Shown here piece by piece: positions 57,560-64,000 of a stretch of 64,000 nucleotides of DNA. The stretch is from Candidatus Fervidifonticultor secundus (GTDB lineage: Bacteria; Sysuimicrobiota; Sysuimicrobiia; Sysuimicrobiales; Humicultoraceae), in NCBI GenBank assembly GCA_031459385.1, contig JAVKIP010000007.1, positions 32,001-96,000 of the forward strand, read 5' to 3'. The translations under genes were made by a program, and so were the position numbers. The notes under the pieces are model-generated. The model ran no database searches, had not been told where the DNA came from, and was given only the letters and a program-made list of their open reading frames with translations. The stretch's first letter is position 1, and the number at the start of each line of letters is the position of its first letter.

Positions 57560-58476
57560 GGCGCGACCTCCACCATGAGCGCCCGCGCGCCGCGCGCGAG
57601 CAGGCGCCGGCCGAGCGTCTCGCCCAGGGCCGCGGCGTCGGCAGCGCCGCCCGCCACCTGGTCCCGCAGCATGGCGCGTCCATCCGGGGCGAGCACCGCG
57701 CCGTCCAGGGTCAGGCGCCCCTCGCGGCAGACGCCCAGGGCCGCGATCGCCGTCTGGCACGTGCCGCCCAGCGCCGTCACAAACGCGCGCTCGGCGTCCA
57801 CCGCCCGGCGCGTCGCCGCGTCGTCGAGGGCCGCCACCTGCACCGCCAGCGGATCACCGGCGCGCGCCTGGATCGCCACTACGCCCTGGCCCACCGCCGG
57901 CAGCATCACGCGCGGATCCAGCGTCTCCGTGATCCGGCGCGCCAGGCCCAGGCGGGCCAGACCCGCCGCCGCCAGCACCAGCGCGTCGACTTCGCCCGCG
58001 TCGAGCTTGCGCAGCCGCGTGTCGACGTTGCCGCGGATGCCGCGCACGTCCAGGTCGGGCCGGGCGGTCAGCAGGAAGGCGCGGCGGCGCGGGCTGTCGG
58101 TGCCGATGCGACTGCCGGACGGGAGGGCGTGCAGCGGCAGACCGGCGCGCGCGACCAGCGCGTCGCGCGGGTCGTCGCGCGGGAGGAACGCGGCGACGAC
58201 GAGCCCCGGCGTCGTCTGGCTGTGGAGGTCCTTGGCGCTGTGCACCGCCAGGTCGATGCGGCCGTCGGCGAGCGCGTCCTCGAGTTCCTTGACGAACGCG
58301 CCCGGACCGAGGACGCGCGTCGGGCGGTCGGGGTGGGCGTCGCCCCGCGTGCGGATGACGACCGGCTCGCCGTCCAGTCCGAGCGCCGACAGGGCCGCGG
58401 TCACCTGCGCGGTCATTACCAGGGCCAGGGCGCTGCCGCGCGTGCCCACGCGCACCGGCTGCCGCCGCGCCACCAT
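57556..58476 (-). CDS. hemC: Hydroxymethylbilane synthase
   Basis: VGTRGSALA, TRGD, FVKELE, VHSAKD, IRGNVDTRL, PAVGQG, LGGTC cofactor Cys. Confidence 0.96.
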   Translation of the reverse strand: MVARRQPVRVGTRGSALALVMTAQVTAALSALGLDGEPVVIRTRGDAHPDRPTRVLGPGAFVKELEDALADGRIDLAVHSAKDLHSQTTPGLVVAAFLPRDDPRDALVARAGLPLHALPSGSRIGTDSPRRRAFLLTARPDLDVRGIRGNVDTRLRKLDAGEVDALVLAAAGLARLGLARRITETLDPRVMLPAVGQGVVAIQARAGDPLAVQVAALDDAATRRAVDAERAFVTALGGTCQTAIAALGVCREGRLTLDGAVLAPDGRAMLRDQVAGGAADAAALGETLGRRLLARGARALMVEVAP

Positions 58477-59171
58477 CAGTGCCGCTCGGGAGGAGGGGCC
58501 GTGGCGCCCCGCTGGTCGGCGCGGCGGCCGGGATGGCCGGGTGCCGCGTCCTGCGCCCGCAGCATGGCGGTGAAGACGGCATCGAGGAGGTCGCTGGTCT
58601 CGAGCAGCGTGCGCACCTGTGCCTCGTCCAGCAGGCCGCCGCGGCCGCGCGGGTCGGTCACCATCTTGAGCACCACGTGCCGGAAGTAGGCGAACGCTTC
58701 CGCGGCCTCGGCGGGCCCCACGCCCGCCCGGCGGAGGTCGCTGCCGTAGCGCGCCGCGCGTTCCAGCAGCTGCTGGCGGAGCGTGCGGCGCACCTCGGGG
58801 TGGGCCATGAACTGCACGACCGCAGCGAAGAGGTGGCGGCCGTGCTCGCGCGCCCGCGCGCGCAGCGCGGGATCCAGTGCCGAGAACCACGGCCGGCGCT
58901 GGAGCGGCCGGGCCGGCGCGCCGGCCAGGACGCGGGCGCTGCGCCGGCGCAGGAGGTGCCCGAGATCCTCGACCTTCGGCGCCTCGCGCTGCAGGAGCGC
59001 GTGCAGGTCGTCCTCGCGGAAGCGCCGGTGCCCGCCCGGCGTGCGGAACGTGCGCACGCGGCCCATGTCCGCCCAGTGCCGCAGGGTCGCCTCGTCGACG
59101 CCGAGGAGCGCGGCGGCCTGGCCGAGCGGTAGCCAGCGGCCTTCGCGGGGGCGATCGGTGCGCGCGGACAT
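58476..59171 (-). CDS. Xis/MerR-type HTH protein with C-terminal all-helical (possibly globin/RsbRD-like) domain; putative heme operon regulator
   Basis: WLPLGQAAALLGV..TLRHWADMGRV..RTPGGHRRF; first gene of the hem operon, stop overlaps the hemC start. Confidence 0.8.
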   Translation of the reverse strand: MSARTDRPREGRWLPLGQAAALLGVDEATLRHWADMGRVRTFRTPGGHRRFREDDLHALLQREAPKVEDLGHLLRRRSARVLAGAPARPLQRRPWFSALDPALRARAREHGRHLFAAVVQFMAHPEVRRTLRQQLLERAARYGSDLRRAGVGPAEAAEAFAYFRHVVLKMVTDPRGRGGLLDEAQVRTLLETSDLLDAVFTAMLRAQDAAPGHPGRRADQRGATAPPPERH

Positions 59172-59177
59172 CGGCCC

Positions 59178-59222
59178 TTAGATTCTATAGAAGTCTGTGT
59201 AATCCTTCGTGAATCGTGCCAA
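59178..59222 (-). promoter_or_regulatory. AT-rich promoter/operator of the hem operon
   Basis: TAGAAT -10 at 59187-59182, TTCTATAGAA palindrome, ~10-11 bp phased repeats. Confidence 0.5.
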
Positions 59223-59291
59223 GACACACCGGCCCGCCGCACAGCCGCGCCCGGGCGGCCGATGACACCGGTGGGGAGATCGTCCGAGGCG

Positions 59292-60806
59292 ATGCTGGCA
59301 GTCGTCGCGAGCGCCACGCTCGCTGGCCTGGACGCCGTGCCCGTGTCCGTGGAGGTCGATGTCGGGCCGGGGCTGCCGACGTTCGCCATCGTGGGCCTGC
59401 CGGACGCCGCCGTGCAGGAAGCGCGGGAGCGCGTGCGCACGGCGATCAGGAACTCCGGGTACGAGATGCCGCCGCGGCGGATCGTGGTGAACCTGGCGCC
59501 CGCGGACCGCCGGAAAGAGGGGCCAGGGCTCGACCTGCCGATTGCGCTGGGGGTGTTGATCGCCACCGGCCAGCTGCGCGCCGACGCCGTGCGGGGCTAC
59601 CTGGCACTGGGTGAGCTGGCGCTGGACGGCGCGCTCCGTCCGGTCCCCGGCGTGCTCTCGGCGGCCGAGACCGCGCGGCGCATCGGCGCCCGTGGCCTGC
59701 TGGTGCCCGCAGCCAGCGCCGGCGAAGCCGCCATCGTCGAGGAGGTGCGCGTCTATGCGCTCGCCAGCCTGCGTGCAGCCGTCGACCACCTCAGCGGCGT
59801 GCGCGCCGCGTCGCCGGCGGTCGTGCCGGTGCCGGCGCAGACGCCCCACCCGCCACCGCTGGACCTGGCCGACGTGCGCGGGCAGCCGGCCGCGTGCCGG
59901 GCGCTGGAGGTCGCGGCGGCGGGCGCGCTCAACCTGCTGCTGGTCGGGCCGCCCGGGGTCGGCAAGACGATGCTGGCCCGGCGGCTGCCCTCCATCCTGC
60001 CACCGCTGCGCCGCGACGAGGCCGTCGACGTAACCCGGGTCTACAGCGTGGCCGGCCGCCTGCCGCCGGGGACGGGCCTGCTGTGGGAGCGCCCGTTCCG
60101 TGCGCCGCATCACAGCGCCAGCGCGTCGTCCCTGGCCGGCGGCGGCACCATCCCCCGGCCGGGCGAGATCTCCCTGGCCCACCACGGCGTGCTCTTCCTC
60201 GACGAGTTGCCCGAGTTCAGGCACGACGCGCTGGAGGTGCTGCGCCAGCCGCTGGAGGACGGCGTGGTCACGGTAGCGCGCGTCCACGGCGTGGTGCGTT
60301 TCCCCGCGCGGTTTGTGCTGGTCGCCGCGATGAACCCCTGCCCCTGCGGGTTCCGCGGCGATCCGCAGCGCCCGTGCGCGTGCACGCCGGCGCAGGTCCA
60401 GCGGTACCTCGCCCGGCTGTCCGGTCCGCTGCTCGACCGCATCGACCTGCACGTCGAGGTGCCCCGGCCGCCCACCGAGGCGGTCCTGACCGGGCCGCCG
60501 GGCGAGCGCTCCGCGGCGGTGCGCGCGCGGGTGACCGCGGCGCGCGAGCGCGCCAGGGCGCGCGCAGCGCGTGCGGTCGGAGGCGACGGCGCCGGTGCGG
60601 AGAGCGGACCGATCGCTCCCGAGGCGCTGGCGTTCGTACACCGGTGTGCCGACCGTCTGCTGCTGGGCGCGCGGGCGACGCGCCGCCTGCTGCGCGTCGC
60701 CCGCGCGATCGCCGACCTCGAGGGCGCGGAGGCTGTGCACGTGGAGCACGCGGCCGAGGCCGCGCGCTACCGGCTGCTCGACCGGCACGCGCCGGCAGCC
60801 GTGTGA
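59292..60806 (+). CDS. comM: YifB/ComM family Mg-chelatase-like AAA+ ATPase
   Basis: VGLPD..EARERV, NLAPAD, GPPGVGKTM, RAPHHS, GEISLAHHGVLFLDE, AMNPCPCG, SGPLLDRID. Confidence 0.95.
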   Translation: MLAVVASATLAGLDAVPVSVEVDVGPGLPTFAIVGLPDAAVQEARERVRTAIRNSGYEMPPRRIVVNLAPADRRKEGPGLDLPIALGVLIATGQLRADAVRGYLALGELALDGALRPVPGVLSAAETARRIGARGLLVPAASAGEAAIVEEVRVYALASLRAAVDHLSGVRAASPAVVPVPAQTPHPPPLDLADVRGQPAACRALEVAAAGALNLLLVGPPGVGKTMLARRLPSILPPLRRDEAVDVTRVYSVAGRLPPGTGLLWERPFRAPHHSASASSLAGGGTIPRPGEISLAHHGVLFLDELPEFRHDALEVLRQPLEDGVVTVARVHGVVRFPARFVLVAAMNPCPCGFRGDPQRPCACTPAQVQRYLARLSGPLLDRIDLHVEVPRPPTEAVLTGPPGERSAAVRARVTAARERARARAARAVGGDGAGAESGPIAPEALAFVHRCADRLLLGARATRRLLRVARAIADLEGAEAVHVEHAAEAARYRLLDRHAPAAV

Positions 60807-60821
60807 GCGGAGGGACCGACG

Positions 60822-61973
60822 ATGGCCTCCGCGTGGCCGCCGCCGTACCACCGGCCGCTGGAGGGCGAAGCGCTCGAGGCCGAGGTCGAGGCGTACGTCG
60901 GGCTGAGCCTGCTCCCCGGGATAGGGCCGCGCACGATCAAACAGTGGGTCGAGCAGGTAGGGCGGGCCCGTGCGGTGTGGGACCGCCTGCCGCAGATGGT
61001 CCGAACCCGGGCCGGCCGCGATGACCTCATCATCGCCTGGCGCGCGGCACACCCCGGCCGGGTGGTGGCCCGGGCACGGCGGTGCAGACAGCAGGTCGTG
61101 GTGCCAGGACACCCGGCGTATCCGGAGCGCCTGTGGCAACTCGCCGACCCGCCGCCCGTGCTGTTCGTGCGCGGCGCCCTCGATGCGCGGCCGGCCGTGG
61201 CCGTGGTGGGGGCGCGGCGGGCGTCGCCGTACGGGCTCCAGGCGGCCGCACGCCTGGCCCGCGACCTGGCGGCAGCCGGCGTCGCCGTGGTGAGCGGGCT
61301 GGCACGCGGCATCGACGGCGCCGCGCACCGCGGGGCGCTCGACGGCGGAGGGCGCACGGTGGCGGTCCTGGGGTCGGCCGTGGACGTAATCTACCCGCCC
61401 GAGCACGTGCCGCTGGCCGAGGCGATCGCAGCGCGCGGCGCGCTCGTCTCCGAGTTCCCGCCGGGCACCCCGCCCCAGCCCGGCCACTTCCCCCGGCGCA
61501 ACCGGCTGATCAGCGGGCTCTGTCTGGCGGTCGTGATCGTCGAGGGCGCGGAGGACAGCGGGGCGCTGGTGACCGTGGACTACGCGCTGGCCCAAGGACG
61601 CGACGTCTTCGCCGTGCCGGGGAGCATCTTCAGTCCGGTCAGCCGGGCGCCGCTGGCGCTGCTCCGCGACGGTGCGAAGATGGCGACCTCTGCAGACGAC
61701 ATCCTGCAGGAGTTGCAGGTGCCGGCAGTGCCACCTGTCGATGCTGCGCCTGGCGGTGCGGCCGGATCCTCCGATGGCGGTCGCCCGACCGACCGGCTGC
61801 TGGCGGCCCTGGCGGGAGGACCGGCCACACTGGACGCCCTGGTGGCGTCGACGGGCCTCACGGCGGCGGAGGTCGCGGCGGCGATCACGCTGCTGGAGGT
61901 GCAGGGCAGGGTCGTGCTGCATCCTGGCCAGCTGGTGGCCGCGCGGGCGATGCCGGATCGCCGGGAGCCTTGA
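60822..61973 (+). CDS. dprA: DNA-processing protein DprA
   Basis: YPERL..DPPPVL, VGAR..YG, VSGLARGID, FPRRNRLISG, SGALVT, AVPG; C-terminal winged helix. Confidence 0.95.
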   Translation: MASAWPPPYHRPLEGEALEAEVEAYVGLSLLPGIGPRTIKQWVEQVGRARAVWDRLPQMVRTRAGRDDLIIAWRAAHPGRVVARARRCRQQVVVPGHPAYPERLWQLADPPPVLFVRGALDARPAVAVVGARRASPYGLQAAARLARDLAAAGVAVVSGLARGIDGAAHRGALDGGGRTVAVLGSAVDVIYPPEHVPLAEAIAARGALVSEFPPGTPPQPGHFPRRNRLISGLCLAVVIVEGAEDSGALVTVDYALAQGRDVFAVPGSIFSPVSRAPLALLRDGAKMATSADDILQELQVPAVPPVDAAPGGAAGSSDGGRPTDRLLAALAGGPATLDALVASTGLTAAEVAAAITLLEVQGRVVLHPGQLVAARAMPDRREP

Positions 61974-62148
61974 CAGCCCGTGCTACCGTATAGGATGAAC
62001 TTTGCGCCCCCTGGCCCCCCGACGGGCGTGGTGGCGCTTCCGGGCGCTCGATGTCTGGGGACGATGGGGGCCGGGTACTGGGGTACTGACGATGCAGGTG
62101 CCTCACGGTGCGGGCCGGCGGCCTGCGTGACGCTGAGGGAGGTGGGTG

Positions 62149-64000
62149 GTGGCGGCGCAAAAGGCGCTGGTCGTCGTCGAGTCACCGACGAAGGCTCGCA
62201 CCCTGTCCAAGCTGCTGAAGCGGCCCTACGAGGTCAAGGCGTCGATGGGCCACGTGAAGGACTTGCCCCGAAGCCAGTTGGGCGTGAACGTGGAGGAGAA
62301 CTTCACCCCCAAGTACATCGTCATCAAGGGCAAGGGCCCCATCATCAAAGACTTGAAGGACGCCGCCAAGAAGGCGTCCGCGGTCTACATGGCCACCGAT
62401 CCTGACCGGGAGGGCGAGGCGATCTCCTGGCACCTGGCCGAACTCCTGGGCCAGGTCAACCCCGAGATCCGGCGCATCGAGTTCCACGAGATCACCAAGG
62501 AAGCGGTCCAGCGGGCGCTCAGGCACCCGCGGGCCATCGACCAGAACCTGGTGAACGCGCAGCAGGCGCGCCGGGTGCTGGACCGCCTGGTGGGCTACAA
62601 GCTGAGCCCGCTGCTGTGGCGCAAGCTCCGCGGCGGCCTGTCCGCCGGCCGCGTGCAGTCGGTGGCGCTGCGCCTGGTGGTCGACCGCGAGCGCGAGATC
62701 GAGGCGTTCACCCCGCAGGAGTACTGGTCCGTCACCGGCACGTTTCGGACTGCGGGCGGCGAGGAGTTCGAGGCGCGGCTTTTCGCCCGGGAGGGCGCGC
62801 GCTACGGGTCGCCCGCAGACGAGGGCGCGACGGTCATCCGCACCGAGGCCGAGGCGCAGGCCCTGGTGGCGGCGTTGCGCGGCGTACAGTACGCGGTCAG
62901 CGAGGTCCGGCAGCGCGATCAGCTGCGCCACCCCGCCCCGCCGTTCACCACCAGTACGATGCAGCAGGAGGCCAACCGGCGCTTGGGCTACTCCGCCGCG
63001 CGGACGATGGCGGTCGCCCAGCAGCTCTACGAGGGCCTCGACGTGGGCGACGAGGGCACGGTGGGGCTGATCACGTACATGCGCACCGACTCGGTCAGGG
63101 TGGCCGCCGCGGCGCAGGCCGAGGCCCGCGACTTCGTCGCCAACGCCTTCGGCGACGCCTACCTGCCGGAGCGGCCGCGCCAGTACCGATCGCGGCGCGA
63201 CGCGCAGGGGGCCCACGAGGCGATCCGGCCCACGAGCATCGCCCGCACGCCCGAGCGCGTCAAACCCTTCCTCCGGTCGGACCAGTACCGCCTCTACCGG
63301 CTGATCTGGGAGCGCTTCCTCGCCAGCCAGATGGCCGCGGCGGTGCTCGACACGCTGTCGGTGGACGTCACCGGGGGCCCGTTCCTGTTCCGCGCCACGG
63401 GCAGCCGCGTGAAGTTCCCCGGCTACCTGATTCTCTACCGCGAGGCCGCCGACAACGGCGCCCCCGAGCAGGAGAGCTGGCTGCCGCCGCTCGCGGCGGG
63501 TGAGCCGCTGGCGCTGGCGGCCGTGACGCCCGCCCAGCACTTCACGCAGCCGCCGCCCCGCTATACGGAGGCGGCGCTGGTGCGCGCCCTGGAGGAGAAG
63601 GGCATCGGCCGGCCGAGCACCTATGCGCCGACGATCGAGACGATCAAGAAGCGCGGCTACGTCACCAGCCGCGACCGCCGCCTGGTGCCCACGGACCTGG
63701 GGCGCATGGTCACCGACCTGCTGGTCGAACACTTCCCGGAAGTCGTGGACGTCGACTTCACGGCCAGCATGGAGGAGGATCTGGACCGCGTGGAAGAAGG
63801 GCGGGCGGACTGGCGGCAGATCGTGCGCGACTTCTACGAGCCGTTCGCGCAGACGCTGCAGCGCGCCGAGGCGAAGATCCCCGTGACGGAGCTTCCCGAA
63901 GTCGCGATCGGAGAGCCCTGCCCCCAGTGCGGGCGACCGCTCGTGCGCAAGCACGGCCGGTTCGGCGAGTTCATCGCCTGCTCGGGCTTCCCCGCGTGCC
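62149..64000 (+). CDS. topA: DNA topoisomerase I (3'-truncated by the window edge)
   Basis: Manual translation (absent from the ORF track): LVVVESPTKA, ASMGHVKDLP, ATDPDREGEAI, SAGRVQS, ITYMRTDS, AHEAIRPT, GIGRPSTY, start of a zinc ribbon (CPQCG). Confidence 0.96.
   Translation, partial: MAAQKALVVVESPTKARTLSKLLKRPYEVKASMGHVKDLPRSQLGVNVEENFTPKYIVIKGKGPIIKDLKDAAKKASAVYMATDPDREGEAISWHLAELLGQVNPEIRRIEFHEITKEAVQRALRHPRAIDQNLVNAQQARRVLDRLVGYKLSPLLWRKLRGGLSAGRVQSVALRLVVDREREIEAFTPQEYWSVTGTFRTAGGEEFEARLFAREGARYGSPADEGATVIRTEAEAQALVAALRGVQYAVSEVRQRDQLRHPAPPFTTSTMQQEANRRLGYSAARTMAVAQQLYEGLDVGDEGTVGLITYMRTDSVRVAAAAQAEARDFVANAFGDAYLPERPRQYRSRRDAQGAHEAIRPTSIARTPERVKPFLRSDQYRLYRLIWERFLASQMAAAVLDTLSVDVTGGPFLFRATGSRVKFPGYLILYREAADNGAPEQESWLPPLAAGEPLALAAVTPAQHFTQPPPRYTEAALVRALEEKGIGRPSTYAPTIETIKKRGYVTSRDRRLVPTDLGRMVTDLLVEHFPEVVDVDFTASMEEDLDRVEEGRADWRQIVRDFYEPFAQTLQRAEAKIPVTELPEVAIGEPCPQCGRPLVRKHGRFGEFIACSGFPAC

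Noticed and set aside
61980..62405. 141-aa ORF upstream of and overlapping topA, and a TTGACA at 61970
   Set aside because: The ORF overlaps topA out of frame with no motifs; the best -10 (TAGGAT) is only 15 nt away, so the promoter is not confidently supported.
1..64000. CRISPR arrays, rRNA, anti-phage defence or toxin-antitoxin genes
   Set aside because: None recognisable by eye; no regularly spaced direct repeats were found.

Overview
Very GC-rich (roughly 72-75% by eye) bacterial chromosome segment, mostly housekeeping genes in Firmicute-like order: T-box/ileS, dksA-like-lspA-lgt-rluA-pyrR, rqcH, yicC-remA, priA-def-fmt-rsmB-rlmN-PASTA kinase-rpe, rpsA, tRNA-Pro, smc-ftsY-ylxM-ffh-rpsP-khpA-ylqD-rimM-trmD-rplS-lepB-rnhB, yraN, comM-dprA-topA. 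This combination suggests a Terrabacteria lineage such as Armatimonadota/CSP1-3 (inference only). The conserved rnhB-yraN-comM run is interrupted by two minus-strand blocks. (1) A ~13 kb IclR-led, apparently catabolic operon (38.85-52.07 kb): 2Fe-2S plus molybdopterin subunits with no FAD subunit, two HapK/REDY-like barrel proteins (one fused to a cupin), a Mer-like LLM oxidoreductase, two paralogous Tat-exported family-5 solute-binding proteins flanking an SDR, a frameshifted DUF917 gene, two permeases with no ATPases, and a DUF4242-like relic. This is the best candidate for an undescribed system. (2) A coproporphyrin-dependent heme operon (hemC-D-B-chdC-hemE-cgoX) led by an HTH plus possible globin-like regulator with phased upstream repeats. 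Other oddities: a YlxM-methyltransferase fusion, IleRS2 with a GIHH motif, PriA lacking ATPase motifs, an archaeal-type CMP kinase where gmk usually sits, an SMC with a short C-terminal arm, and four sigma-H-like promoters. No CRISPR, rRNA, integrase or transposase was seen. All calls come from reading motifs and synteny; no database searches were run.
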